Notes: a model not told the origin generated them from the sequence alone. A stretch of DNA of 63,741 bases, filler included, from Choristocarpus tenellus KU-1152 (GCA_964200185.2; 13 parts of 13 records of this genome joined end to end with filler, not necessarily neighbours in it); one strand, 5' to 3'. Positions 36,435-50,600 are shown, counted from the first letter of the whole stretch. Made by a program: numbers and translations.

Positions 36435-39400
36435 CTGATCAGGGACAGCTATGGCCCGATACAACCTCGACCCCACCTGTGAAGCCATACTGGAAGCATT
36501 AACAGAAGCAACAGCCGAGAATGGGGAGGTACATGGATGGGCAATCGAGTGATTTGATTGGTTGGCGGAAAGCAGCATTAGTTTGCAGAGGACACAAGGC
36601 ATGAACAGATTTATAACATACCTGTGTAGGTGACGAAGAGAGAGCCAAACCCCTCAAATGCATTTCAAGCAAAACACACACACAGACACACGTACATTAA
36701 ATACATTTATTTGGTTATTACAAACAACGGGAAGGAATTCTTCCCAGATATTTGAAGAATATTCTTGGAAATTTCTAGTCCGAGTGAGCAACCGCACCTT
36801 GTCTTTTGACTCCAGGATATGTGCTACACTTTTGGTGTGAAGTAGCAAGGGCAGAGGCTATACTACGCAGCAACACTTTGTCATATCACTAGAGATGGAT
36901 TGAGTTGGGGGGTAATGAAGGGCTCAAGTGAAAGCTAAGAGTATCTGCAACATCTTATCAGTGTAAGATTTCAAAAATGCAGTGTTGCTGAAAGGTGGAG
37001 GGCCAAATATTTCTCACAGTCCCTAGGAGTATTTTGAAGGGCATTTTGAAGTATTTCTTTTGTGTTTTGCATTATATTACACACTCAGAGTGTTTCCCCT
37101 TTGTCCCCTTTATTACTTGCATGTATCTTATAGTTAAGACCCTCCTCGACCACACTCCTAGCCACCTACTAGCTGAAATCTTCACGGACTCTCTCAAGGT
37201 TCCTCGATAGCCCCCATCAACACACTCTCCTTCTCCTAAATGTATTGTCATATCTGACTGCGTGTTCCCAATGAGGTGTTCGTACGGCCGTCTCCCTTCC
37301 ACCCCCCCTCTGCTCTCCTTGTACTCAGGATCCCCATATCATCCCAGCCCGGTATTTACCCGAGTCCTCCAACATGAAGCGCTTCTTGTTGAACTGTAAG
37401 CTGATGTACGCCTTGCCATGCTGCCAAAAGAGCTCTATCAGTGGACATACCAGCAAATACAGAGGGTTCCAGATACCACCCACTCTCTTCTAACAAGGTC
37501 TCAGCCCCCTCCTGCACGAACTCCTCGAGATACTATGCACCTGTTCCTCCCATTAGTTGGTCAGGCATCACCGAGGATCACCACCTGAGGCAGCTGCCCA
37601 CCCTTCCTTTGATCCATCCTCAGAGAGCTTGCAATTCTATGCTAAACTCTGCACGATTCCCTCACACCCATGGTTGCCCACCCCCTTGAGCTCAAACTCC
37701 CACTCCCTGTTGACTCAAGCGATATGCACAGTTGGAGGGTCTTACTCCCTCAGGCTGTGTATCACCATGAGAATAATCTGAATCTAACCCTAACATTCTT
37801 TCACAGGCTTGCCCTGCTGTGACACTTGTGTCCATCTACCTGTGCTCCTTAAGCTCAGTCCTTGCACAGACTGCTTTGCCCGAAATTTTCAGCACTGGGG
37901 ACTGCCACATAGCCACAGCAGGGGAGAGTTCAGCTTCTCCCACAATTCCTAGCACTTCCATCGTGGAAAAGCCCAGCGCCGCCACCACAGGACCCCCTCA
38001 CATGCACGCCCTTATCTCATGAACGACTACATAATTCCATGTTCAATTTTTGGGATCCGGTTGCAACACTCTCTGGCTTGTCGTCCCACCCCTTGCACAT
38101 GCTCATCAAACCGTGAAGGGAGCTTAACAAGTCCACTTCACTGTACAACCCCCCATATGTACCTCAAATACCCCCACCCACAAGTCCGAAACAAGGCCGG
38201 ATGGTGATTTGAGAACGGCGGTAACCACACCGCGAATTTATCCTTATGGCAATCAACTTCATATGCAAATGGTCGTGGCGGTAGGGGTGTATCAACTGGA
38301 ACTTTAACGCTTGATGCCACCATCCGATCAAAACAATTAAGCCTGAGATAAGCAAGGACTTCACGTTACTCCACCGTTCTTCTTTTTCTTTTCTTTTTTA
38401 CATTTTACAAGACGGTGTGATCTTGGTCCCTATGTTAACACACAGTAGCTACTCTCTGCACAGTCTTCGAGTCTCTATCCTGATTGGACAACAACGTGTG
38501 AACCACAACAACAGCTGATAGCAGAATGTACTACGAACAGCCGAGGTACTGGCATGAAAGGAGACAATCTAGGAGGCCGGTGTTAGATGGAAGGAGAGAG
38601 AGTGGATGGGTTTAGTAGAATAGAAGGCAGGCGTGGGTTAAAGGGTTTGATAAAAAAGAATGTTATATAAATAGAAGAAAATGAGCTAGTTCAGGAAGAG
38701 GAGCGCTATGGGCAGTGAATAACAGATAGAGCGCCTTGGTAGATTGGCAATGACATCACTGCTGGCAAAGGAGTCCCCGCTCTGAAGAAGAGATCTGTTT
38801 CTCTCCTTTTCATCCATTTCATCCAAGAAAGAACTAGCCACACTATCAGCACAACATACGTGTTAACTCTTGTGACGAAACAACAGTCTCTTTCAAAACA
38901 ACAATTCAACCTTCCAGGGTGACGAACTTCGAAAGGGCGCGACTCTCCCCGCACCAGCTCACCAACAAACACGCCATCTATTCACTACAATCAATGCCAC
39001 CGACTTGAAAAAGAAGGCAGAACAACAACAAGGGGCAGGGGGGAGAGATGACCCACCTGGCAACAGCATTCAGACCCGCCTCGTTTCTCGCATGCACCAA
39101 CACGCCCGGCCTAAGCATGGTCACCAAAGACTTCAAGTGCAATGCCCCTGGCTGACGCAGGGAGGAGCCCACAACAAAATACCCCAGAGAGAGGTTGTGC
39201 TCGGGGTCGCTTCGAGAGTCACGAGAACGATTACATGGGACTACAAAAAAAGCATGTACGGGATAGTGCTGAGGGCCGGCCACAGAGTCAACTAAAAAAC
39301 AAAGACACTTGAGTAAGAGGTTGTGGGGTTGGTGCAGGGCCGCAGTGATGAGAGGAGGATGATTGGTGCATGACCAGGACTGTTTTTTCAAGGCCTGGAG

Positions 39401-39685
39401 GCTTCTTGTGGGTTCAAACATTTCCCCCCTAGTTCAGCCCCGTACATGTCTTTCTCCTTGATAAGACTAACACACCACTACCGGTACAACGAACCCTCGA
39501 AGGCACCTTGACCCCATAATCAAGTAGGCTTACCACCCCATACTCAAGCGAGGCTCTTCCCGAAGCTTCACTGGCTCTCACCACTTGTACTGGCACAACA
39601 GGGAGCGATGGTCCAAACACCTTCTTCAACGCTGCAACTCCTGCCTCATTCGTGCGTTCTGAGAGTCCCACAAACATGTGACGTC
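36435..39685 (-). CDS. DDAH: Dimethylarginine dimethylaminohydrolase (amidinotransferase fold), partial; exons 39685-39582, 39151-39057, 36489-36435
   Basis: The spliced peptide GRHMFVGLSERTNEAGVAALKKVFGPSLPVVPVQV|PGALHLKSLVTMLRPGVLVHARNEAGLNAVA|SMASQVGSRLYRAIAVPDQ matches the DDAH motifs FVGLSxRTN, LHLKS and VPD. Phases are consistent. Confidence 0.85.
37200..37750 (-). mobile_element. Decayed RTE-like LINE 3' remnant in a DDAH intron
   Basis: LRMDQRKGGQLPQVVILGDA*PTNGRNR and ...STDRALL resemble the RM...RLP.+.L.G...GR and DR..W motifs of RTE C-termini; many stops. Confidence 0.35.
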
Positions 39686-40957
39686 CTGGGGCACGCCACA
39701 GAGCAAATACAAACGAAGTCAAAAAAAAAAAAATGGCAGGGCTGCACAACAAATCATTCTGCTCTTTTGAAACAGTAAACTCTTCTTGTCCGGGAGGGAA
39801 AGGGGCTATATCAACAGCAGCGATCCTTAGTTGGCTCTTCCCAAGGACAGACTGTGCCAATTGTATCTTGCGTCATACAGGGCATCGCACCTGTAGCCCC
39901 CTGCNNNNNNNNNNNNNNNNNNNNNNNNNNNNNNNNNNNNNNNNNNNNTTAATTAATTAANNNNNNNNNNNNNNNNNNNNNNNNNNNNNNNNNNNNNNNN
40001 NNNNCCCCCCAGATACTTTGAGCCCAAGGCTACCCCTCCTTCTTGAGATTATCACTATACACTTGAATATCGACTCTTATGCTAAATGTAGCATAGTGTT
40101 ACACTCGTCTTTCTCATTGAGCTTTTCGGAGTGCAATAAAACCATGTGGCATGATGGTGATTCCTTCGCAGATTGGTCGCAGAGGACTCTGAAATGAACA
40201 TAAAATAACTTATTCTAAACATGGCATAGTATGTAATGCGCGGTCAACACAGGAGGGAGATGCCATTATTGCAGTTCCACCATCATTGGTGATCAGTCGA
40301 AGTCAACTGCTGCAGTCGGAAAGAATTTCTCAGCATGACAAGAAAGTGTACATGTCGATTCGGAACAATGACCATGCTATCGCACTTTTCCTTCTAAAGG
40401 TGCGTTCATCGTGGTACTACCTAGTACACTCCAAATTTTATACTTTGAAGTATGTGCATGTTTCTTGTGACAAATGATATTCTAGCCAGATGAAAAAGTG
40501 ATCTCATGACTGAGCTTGTTCATGATACTGTCATGTAGCAAGTACATTGCAGGTGAGTGAGGTTCTCTGTAGAGAAATATTATTACAGTTCTTAGAAGAA
40601 AAATCCTCGGCATCCACCACCACTGATGGCTGATTGATGAGCTGATTCTGGACTGATAAGTGAAAAAAAATTGCATTGACCAACCTCATGTACATGTATC
40701 GTTGGCACAAGTTGTCTACTTCGTCATTGCTTTCTGGACAATACATGGGCCTACCAAATATAGTCACCAGTTTGATGAAATGGGGAAGTACTCAAGTGTA
40801 CGAAAATGTCTGAACAGTATGTTTCTTCAGTTTATCCTATTCAGTACAGGCCCTCCTTACAAGAAAAGTTGCTGGATTTATCAAGCATCTTCCAAACCCC
40901 TATGGTTTTGCTCTAGTGAAAGATGTGCACTTTTTGGGGCCTGAAGTACAATACTTT

Positions 40958-41150
40958 GGCTGAAAGTATCTGGGGGGGGGGGGTTGTCTACAGCAGGGTG
41001 TCTATTTGGGGCCCATTTTTCCATGTCACGATTTTTGGGTGATTTGGATTGTATGCGTTGGATGGATAATGTAAGTGCACTTTTCCTGGTCAGGATCCCA
41101 ATGGACACCCTGCTGTAGACACCCCCCCCCACACACACACACTTTGAGCA
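40958..41150. mobile_element. MITE family A, complete copy (flanks cttt/tttt)
   Basis: ggctgaaagtatctgggg ... actttgagca. Confidence 0.85.
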
Positions 41151-41621
41151 TTTTCATATATTGCTGGAGGAAGTGTAGCTTAATAGAGACAGTGTAGCTT
41201 TGCTATGCTTGCTCATTGGCATGTGTGATTTCTCTATACAACTACATGTGTTACCTGGACCAGACCACATCTTGAATTCAGAAAAAAAACAGACTACGGA
41301 TATATCTTCACAGTTGGCCCCAAAATGCTCTGAGATTGAGGAACACCCCACATAACATATACTTCTTTAACCAGGTTATTCCTGCTGCCCAGAAAACCAA
41401 CTTTGCATCAGTTGTTGGTGGACAGGTGCTCCAGTGATGCCAAATTTATAATAACAATCACAACAATCCCATTATAATTTGATCCCTTGACAACATTGAT
41501 CAACTTTGTGTCTAAACCAGTGAGGAAATCATGTAGTTCTAGCAAAGCCATCCGTAGCCACAATGCCAGGAACTTGACCCTTCAGAATGTCCTCAGTTTC
41601 TTGCAGATGCATCCTTGTATT

Positions 41622-41881
41622 GAGTGAAAGTATATTAGAGGGTACGAGTTTTGCCCTATTTGTCTGTTTGGGGCTTGACTTCCCACAGGGTTTTTTATTA
41701 CATTTTCCTAATCAAAAATATTTCGGAGTAGGTAAAATGTTTATGTTATGAAAAGGTTTGTCTGGAAGAAGGATACTGACACCTTCCTAACAAACACGAT
41801 AGCTAAAATTGCATCAAGATAGCAACATGGGATTTTGGTCCCGAAACGGACGCGACTCTACCCTCTAAGAAGATTTGACTC
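41622..41881. mobile_element. MITE family B copy
   Basis: gagtgaaagtatattagagggtacgag ... ctaccctctaagaagatttgactc. Confidence 0.88.
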
Positions 41882-42086
41882 ATTGACCATCCTTGTATTG
41901 ACCATCTATGCCTACCTCCGGGAGAATGTGCTGCAAGTTATCATCACCAATTGTACCTTGCAGTGTGAAATAATATATGAAGCCCTCTGATGCGTTGCAC
42001 AAGTGGAGGACGGTCTCCCTTATTACCTCTGCAGTGTTTCTTAACCTCCTTGCATCCCACACCACCTCTTCTACCTCCCATCTCAG

Positions 42087-42380
42087 GAAAGGTCCCTTGG
42101 AAAGGCATCCTTCTGGTATCCCTACATGCAGGTGCTCCCCAAGTCAGTTACGCCACGGCCCTCCTCCTTCCCTATCTATGACAAGAGCTTCCGTAGTAAC
42201 CACAACATGGGGAGTGGTGACAACAGGCAACATATAGTGGATGCAGGTGACCCTTTGGATCTCCTAGAAGACCTACCACTGCAAGAGGAAGGGTTACACA
42301 AGCGTGCTAGCAATGCAAGGGTTCACCAAACTCTGTCACCAAGAATCGATGCCCTGATTGGGGTACACTGTGCGAGCAAG
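42087..42380 (+). CDS. Internal exon of a SET-domain protein lysine methyltransferase (Rubisco LSMT/SETD3-like)
   Basis: cag|ERSLGKASFWYPYMQVLPKS...DPLDLLEDLPLQEE...|gt; 294 nt, open. E..G..SFW.PY+..LP is the family signature. Confidence 0.8.
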
Positions 42381-45074
42381 GTATCAGAGTATACTGCTAG
42401 TTCTAACAAGTCTGGGCCCAGGGGCAGGGGGGGTAGGTAGCAGAGGAGGGAAATATAAAAAAAATGTTAGGGTATTCAGAGGTAGGGGAAAAGGGTAGCC
42501 GACTTTTGTGAGAGCTCAAGGTGAGGTTTTGGGTTATGGTTGTGTCTAAAGGTTTGACTTCAGTTATTTTCAAACTGTGCTCCACTATTCTTCCTGTGGT
42601 CCTGGGTTTTGTTGGTTCACCATTGTCATGCAGAGCATCTTGCCCCTCCTTAAGTGCTTCATATTTTCCTAGTTTGGGGTCAACCGCGATCAATATTCCC
42701 ATTCCTAATATACGCATAGTGTACACTTGGAGGATGGTATACACCACGGCCTTACACCACTGTTTTCAAAAGTTCCTGAGCCAAAGCAAGTGAGAGGTGA
42801 GCAGGGTTGGACTCCTTTGCATTCTAAGCCATCTTTCTTGCCCTGTGCAATCCTCCCTGCACCACCTTCTCGACATATGAACATCACCGTCCCCAAAAAT
42901 ACTCCAGTAGGTATCATGTCGGCATGAAGAGGTAGATATCATAATACAAAGAGGAGAAATACTCCAGTAGGATCCTCCAGAAGTCACACTCTGCCAATAG
43001 AACAATTTTGTCATCCAACCTCCCTCATCCCCCTCAATCTTTAGTGAGACTATTTGAAACTACGTGTCAAGGCTCAAAGTATCTGGGGGGGGGGGGGGGG
43101 GGGGGGGGCGGCGCACCCACGGGGTGAACATTTTCAAGCTCGCGCTTTTTNNNNNNNNNNNNNNNNNNNNNNNNNNNNNNNNNNNNNNNNNNNNTTAATT
43201 AATTAANNNNNNNNNNNNNNNNNNNNNNNNNNNNNNNNNNNNNNNNNNNNATTTTTGGTCAAAACCATCCTCAATAGTACGCTCCATCCTCAATTTTTAA
43301 AATCCACTGTTCATAGGAACTACTGTCGATCCACAACAACTGGTGACGTGAACAGCAATAGTTTGATTGGCTCTTCAGCTCAATTAATCGGAATAATCGA
43401 ATGACTGGACGTATCATCTGAGGTCACAGAACCATGTAAGTCATCACACATCTGAGGTCACAGAACTACCCATACCTCACTTGACAATAACGGCTTCAGA
43501 GTAGACACTTGAGACCTACCTATAAAACCTTCGGAGATTTTTCTCCTAACCCACACATTACTCTATTTTCTACCCGTGTTTCCTGTGCGTTGTTTTTTTG
43601 CACTCATAATAGTTCAAGCGAATTATTTGGAATTTTCGAATGAACTTAATGTTAACTGTAAATCTTTTGGTTTATAGTAATACTATTTATAGTATGACTC
43701 AGGAAGATTTTTATCTCGACTTTTAGTCTCTTCTTGAATTTTCATTATTTATTCAAAATTTTGTTCTGTTAATTACCCACCTATATAGTGCTTACGTTCT
43801 GACAACATAATCGGATGAAGCTTATGACTTCACCTTCAAGTGACAGTTGACGCCTATCTCTAATATTCAACTTTTGGCATCTGCTTGAAAATTGGGGGAC
43901 CTTTTCAAGTCCTGATAATTCTACAATTTTTAGAGGTTGCATAACGAAATTGAGGAAAGACCGTACTTGGTTGTCAGAGAGAAGAAGACTAGACGCAGAA
44001 ATCTGTCAAGGGCAAATTTCGAGACTCAAAACCATTCTCGAGTTATCGACGCCCCAGGTAAGGAGTCTCTCGGTGGGGAAGACGAGAAACAAGAGATCTA
44101 GAGGACTGGTCGTAGAGGCGCTTATAGACGAGGGACGCTGCAAAAAAAACAGAGAGGGGGAGGGGGAGGCCAACCAAAGTTGAGGCAAGGCTTCCTACTG
44201 CTGCAGTGAAAAGGAAGCAAGACTTGAATGCCACCAGATGGTGTTAATACATAGGCCACTTCTTTCTTAGCTCGTAGACGTTCTACACTACTATCAAGCA
44301 GTGTTGACTATTGATTGGCTCACTAGTGCTGGTCACTCAGTGTGTAAGCACCTAGATCACACATGTACCGCCCTACGTGGTATGTGTGCATGAGTTACCG
44401 CTTACAGTATATGTAAACATGGAACGGTTGATTCCTGGAGTTAGGAGATATTCCTCAGAATAGAAAATATGTATGTATGTGCTCAACATGGCTTGACTCA
44501 GAATTAGACAGGCTTCATTTTGTTTTTCTTACTCAAGAAATAATAGTGTATGTTTTGATTTTCTTTTATTAGGATTGCCCCGATTTACACTACGGATTCA
44601 CAGTGCGCAAAGTGTATCTCTACACAACACTGGGTGGGATATATACAGAGTTACTAAATCCGTAACCTTCTTCACAAGGTACAAGCCTCTACACAAAGCA
44701 CGTATAACTTGATTTGAATCAACTAAAGGAACAGCACATAATACCATAGTATTTAACCGGCATCTATGTAGAGCATGTCACAAGATTAATCATGCTGAGT
44801 TCACTGTTGGTTCAATGCACTATGTCTCCCCTTCGCATTCAAATCTTCAAGCCTCTACATAGAGCACTTCACCAGGAATATCAACCATACAATCATTTCA
44901 AGGTTTCAACTGAGGCGGTGGAGGGTGTCCCTATGGCAGCGGGAGTGGAATACGACGAGGTTTTTCACATCTTGAAAACTTGAACAAAAGAGAAGGTATT
45001 TTGCATCTCTGGGACTGGGAAGGGGACTGTTCAAGCGAACTCTGATAACCACACCTAGACAAGATAGAACTCTT

Positions 45075-45253
45075 GGCTCAAAGTATCTGAGGGGGGTGGG
45101 GGGTCTACATGAGGGTGTCCACTTGGAACCTTACCAGGAAAGGTGCGCTTACATTATCCATCTGACACATGAAGCCAAATCACCCAAAAATTGCGACATG
45201 GAAAAACAAACCCTAAATGGACAGCCGGCACCCCCCTCCAGATACTTTGAGCG
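45075..45253. mobile_element. MITE family A, complete copy (179 bp) with 4-bp TSD TCTT
   Basis: tctt|ggctcaaagtatctg ... cagatactttgagcg|tctt. Confidence 0.9.
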
Positions 45254-45319
45254 TCTTCATCTTTACACATCACTCATTGGAAATGTGGTCTTCTGTCAGA
45301 TTTGGTGACCTGTGCATAG

Positions 45320-45500
45320 ACAAGGTTTGGGTGGAACTCCAATAGAGGGGTCTGGGTACCACCCTGAAGGATTTGGGCTATGTACGGAAAAGGTGTCGAA
45401 TCAAGATCCCACCTCTGACAGAGGAGGGGAAAGTACATGTTCGCAGGTTCCTGGTTGAATACTAGGAGGTCCTTAAGGATGAAGTTGCAAAGGGAGAATG
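45320..45500 (+). mobile_element. Possible IS630/Tc1-like transposase remnant
   Basis: GLGTTLKDLGYVRKRCRIKIPPLTEEGKVHVRRFLVEY resembles the second-HTH/linker segment L..LG+.+K...P.L......R; no DDE motif seen. Confidence 0.28.
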
Positions 45501-46157
45501 ATTGCCCAGGTGAGAGATCAGATAAGGCTAGACTTCTATGAAAACCAGCAGAGTACGACAAGCGGGTTGCCCATACTCAGAGGAAGGTGACAAAATACAT
45601 CAAGACAAAGGTTAACATATTGAGGGGAGACATGTTCAACCTGACGAATGTGCTGTGTGAGCTAAGAGATAAAGACGAGACAGCGAGACCAACAGATACT
45701 GTAGAGGGGAGAGGAGATGGGGATATTTTGCAGGAAGTTTATGGGGTAGAACTCATGGTGGAAGATGGTAACAATGACAACATCAAACCTGACGAATCTG
45801 AAACTATAATTTCATAAATTAATATCAAAAGACAACCCAGCAACATTCGGAGTGCTCCAAGTATACTCAGACCAGTCCAAACAATTTTGTTCTCAAATTG
45901 TTCCGCACTCCCAACCAAAACCGTTTGAGCCAGCAAAAACATATTCTATGAGTCCGGTGTATATTAGCATTACAATGGCATGTGTTTTACATGACAAACA
46001 GGAAAAACAATGGTGTTAATATGAAAACAACAAAATTATCCCCCAAAACAGAAACGCTCCCAATTGTATGCTGTATTGCGAATTGAACATGTTACTATAC
46101 CTTGATCAATGTGTTAGGACTCCACCTTTTATTCCATACATATATTTCATAGAATGA

Positions 46158-46384
46158 GAGTCAGAGTAACGAGAGGTACCCAGAGTTGCATTTTTAGGAT
46201 GTTGACAAATTTATGCAAATTTTGGCTTTGAAAAAGGCGTAGTTTCAAACACTAGATAATTCTTCACTCTCAACCCAAACTTAGTACTTATCCATGGAAA
46301 TATAGGTGATTTGCAAAAGGTTGAGAAAAATGGCTTAACATGCAAAGCGTCCAAGCCCTGGGTACCTCTCGTTTACTCTGACTG
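46158..46384. mobile_element. MITE family E copy (~227 bp, ~25-bp TIRs)
   Basis: gagtcagagtaacgagaggtaccca ... tgggtacctctcgtttactctgact. Confidence 0.88.
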
Positions 46385-46823
46385 TGAATAGACCTTCAGC
46401 AGAATCTGCAGCAGTTTGAAAACCCCCAGTCTACTATGTGGAACTGGACTATTTTCTCCAAATTTGGCTTTAATCAGAACGTATCTTGGGTTCCAGGTAG
46501 AGACAGGACCTTGAATCAACTGCACGAGATTTGGCTTGCTCTTTCAACCGCATTTTGTATGTTATCTAACTCGAAACATTTTAGAAGATATTGAAAAAAT
46601 CTCGAACACTTCCCTTCGTAATAGCAACGAGTTGATGAAATCCTATCTCAAGTATTGGGACCTTCTTCTTATTCTTCATGGGTCAAAGTATCTGGGGGGG
46701 GGGTGTTGGCGTCCGTTTTTCACCNNNNNNNNNNNNNNNNNNNNNNNNNNNNNNNNNNNNNNNNNNNNTTAATTAATTAANNNNNNNNNNNNNNNNNNNN
46801 NNNNNNNNNNNNNNNNNNNNNNN

Positions 46824-47697
46824 NGCCAAAATCCAATATTGCGATTTTGATGTAATTTTGGCTGTTGTGTTTGTTAGGAAGTGTCAATATCTTTGTTACG
46901 GATACGCCTTTTCATAACGCATACATTTTACCTACTCCGAAACATACTAAAGTAGGAAAATGTAATAAGAAACCCCAAGGTAAACCAAGCATCAAATGTT
47001 ACAGGAGAATAGCGTGAGCATCTCTTCTTGTGTTACAATGAAGTGCGAGCATTTGTTACACGCGGATAGTGCGAGCATTTCTTCCCATGTTTTAGCAAAC
47101 ACGAACATTTGTGACAGGCGTAGAGGGTGAGGATTGTTTCTCGCGTTCTAACAAGTGCGAACAATATACGATATTAGTAATTGGTTTCCCCCCTGACACA
47201 TCTGCAAAATGTCAGAGGGCATAATAATAAAAATATTTGTAACACATAGGTAGCCTTACAGAATAAATTATGATTTGATAGGAGATGCAGAGCAAGATTT
47301 GAAGTTAAAAAATAATCTTACAGAATAGATGTCAATTCCTGGAAGTTGCAGAATAAAGACGTATGATTGAAGTATCTACTTATCAGTTTGCAGACTTCAT
47401 TTAACTCTTTGGCTATAGAAAAATGGTGAATGATGTTAATAAAAAGCTGATGTGGACTACCACGCCCTCAGTTCCTTTTTGATGTTACCTCTTTTGATAA
47501 AGCGAAAAGCAAGCCGTTGACTGAGTTAAGCATCAAGCTGACACCGTACGTGGTTATCATCAGTGGACTCCCCTCGTAGCGTCGTTTTAAGGTCGTTAGA
47601 TATGAGTTGCATATCCTGTGGAGATGAGTTATGAGGGGCGCCTGTAACACAAATGGACAAACAGGGCAAACTCGTACCCTCTAAGATACTATAACTC
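46824..47697. mobile_element. MITE family B copy split by a nested insertion (46824-46996 plus 47650-47697)
   Basis: The two halves rejoin to match 32578-32844. Confidence 0.85.
46997..47649. mobile_element. Family C element (653 bp), TGTTACAGG...CCTGTAACA, 4-bp TSD CAAA; near-identical young ends at 49827-49905, 52844-52913, 59273-59347
   Basis: caaa|tgttacagg ... cctgtaaca|caaa. Confidence 0.88.
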
Positions 47698-50600
47698 CCA
47701 AACAATTTTTTGTACTAGGGTGTCTCTTGAGCCTGTGTCTTACATAAACTACTGGGATTCATACTGGTAATAAATTTGCACTTGGGGTGTAAAATTTTTG
47801 TGCTCAAGTTGGTCGAGTAGAATTTACCCTGTAAGGATCTGAATCTATCTGAACTTGTATGAGTGGCGCTTTGCATTTCATGGCGATTTAATAGTTATAG
47901 AAGGTGCACAAAACGCTAATATTAATGCCGATTTCCATGTAGTACGTGAGGTAGTTGGATTTTTACATTTACCAGTTTTGGCAATCTATTAGGTGAACAA
48001 AGATAGAAGGTCATGCCCCCAGATTGTGTAGGGTTGCTGTTCGAGAGATAGCCTCTTGTCACATGGATAGAAACCATCTTTGGAGGTTCCTGCTTGATTT
48101 AATATTGCACAATATAGTTTGAAGTACGTATGCAGTGATGATGCTCAAACGAGAAAAAACAATCGGCAGATACTGTAGTAGGAGACAGACACCTTCAGCC
48201 TTCAGTCAAGTCAGATATGCTACTCTTCCGGCAACAGAAAGAAGCCTTCTTTAACAATTAAATAATTATCCCTCTTATCCTGGTCGTGTAAGTATCAATT
48301 GATATAGAAGCCTCTTCGTGGTTCTTTGATCCCTTCACCCTCCATGTATGCGAAGATGTTGAGTACATGAGACCATCCCACTTACATAAGCGTGGTTGCA
48401 GCGTAATGGGTTTTTGCTCTTACGGGTAGCTACGCCAGGACACGCGAGGAATAGGCGTTTTCCGTGTATATGGTATCAACGCGCGCACTTTGTTTCAGTA
48501 CATGCCCGAAAAGAGCAAATAAGTGGGGCTTCCACATCTTGAAAGACATTTAAAAGAAAAGTACATCAAAATGACATAAGTCCCACACCGGTTTCCTTTA
48601 TTAAATCTTACTTTTTTTCATTCAAATCGTACTTCGATTGTACTATTCCATGTGGCAAGCACAACGAATTGTATACACCTGACTGTGCTATCCTGTTTTC
48701 TGTTGTACCACCACACACGTCCGGACCAAGATGAAGGTGAAAAAACTTCAGGGCGACTCTGGGAGAATACTTGAGAGAGGAGAAGGAGCGACGAGTGGAG
48801 GGGATGCTGAACCCAACATAGAGAAGCAAGGTAGGAACGGAGACGGCAATTTTTTAAGCTACAACTGTTAGAAATTAGAGAGGAAATTTGTGCAGTTCAT
48901 GGTGCCTCTGACCACGGGTTAGGATCATAAGTAAGGAGAAAAAAAGGTAATACATAATACCAAGTAGCTTACGTATGTATGTAACCAACACCTTCGTGTG
49001 TAGTCAAGCAAGGCATTAATAGGTTTTATTGCGTAACTGTAAAGCAGATACAGTGTTACTATTGAGAGCTCAGACCCATGGTCGAAAAGGCAGTCCGAAG
49101 GAGGGAATTCACACTACTCCTTGAGAAAAACACAGTTGGATTTATGAAAGAAATAACTTTGTTCTCACATCATGACATTTGTGATGATCCTCTCTCATCA
49201 TGAAGATCCTCACCCAGTCAGTCTCCACAGTTTTGTGCGGTCTTGCACTTGTACAGCCTAAACCTCATCATCTCGGTTACGGTTTGTCTTAGTCCGTCTG
49301 GTCCGTCTTGGGCGGTGATTCTCTTAACCATCCTTGGCTGAGTGAACCATGCCGCCACAGAATGAACGATTCATACACGACCGAGTCCACAATAACCCGT
49401 CACTACTTATTCAACACGATGACCCGAACTGACAGTTGGCAAGGTACAATGAAGCTCGACCACAAAGGATAATGAGTGAAAAATAAGAAAAAAGAGGAAA
49501 GAGTAAAAGAAAGACAAACTAAAAGGAGAAATATGCAACACACAGAAAAAAAAACATAACCCAAAAGTGAAGAGTTTGTGAAGAAATCTCAATATTGAGC
49601 ACAGGACAATTCGCTGTATGTAGTAGACGAGTTAACCACCTAACGTTCTGGACGAGAAAAAAACGGAACTAGGGAGGTTGGACAAAAGGGTAAAAGTATC
49701 TTGGGGGGGGGGTGGTTTGTGAGGGGNNNNNNNNNNNNNNNNNNNNNNNNNNNNNNNNNNNNNNNNNNNNTTAATTAATTAANNNNNNNNNNNNNNNNNN
49801 NNNNNNNNNNNNNNNNNNNNNNNNNNCCCATAATAGCGTCGTTTTAAGGTCGTTGGATTTGAGTTGTACATCCTGGAAGGTGAGCATTGAGGGGCGCCTG
49901 TAACACAACAACAAAAAAACTAACAGCGCAGACCATACTCTCAAGTAGGTTCTTCTGGCTATGTTGAGTAGTGTGCGGATCCCGCAGTTCCCACCACCAA
50001 CATTTTCCACGCATCGAAAGGCGTGATGAAGGGAAATCTTCACACCCATCCGCGCACATAGACCTTAAATGACACCCTCTCATTTTTCATTTTGTGTGTC
50101 GGGAAGTAGATGGCAAAATCAGGTTTTGTTAGGACGATTGGCTACCTTATTTTCATCTCCATCAAAAAAACCGACTTCACTATCCAAATATCTATCATGC
50201 TTATTAATAGAATATTTTTATCAAAACTGAATCCAATCTTAATACTCAAGTTTTGACAAAAAGTGCTGCAGAATTACCACATGCATCCAAAATTTTGAAC
50301 CTTCATTTTTTCCAATCCATATACCAAGAAGCTCCTTCTTGCCACAACTTCCACTCCTTCCACAACTAAAGAGAGGGACTTCATCGCACTAGGAGAAATG
50401 GATGTGAAAAGATGAGGTACAGAGCGCTAGATTGCTAATGAGCATCAGTCATCAAAAATAATATCCACAATCAAAACTCTTCCTTGTCTACCCACAACTT
50501 TAGAGTAAAGAAGAATCGGAGAGTACGTACGCCAGGTGCTTTGCCAAATGTACAATTGACCAATAACACTGTCATGTCGGGATATTAACCCAACATCGAT

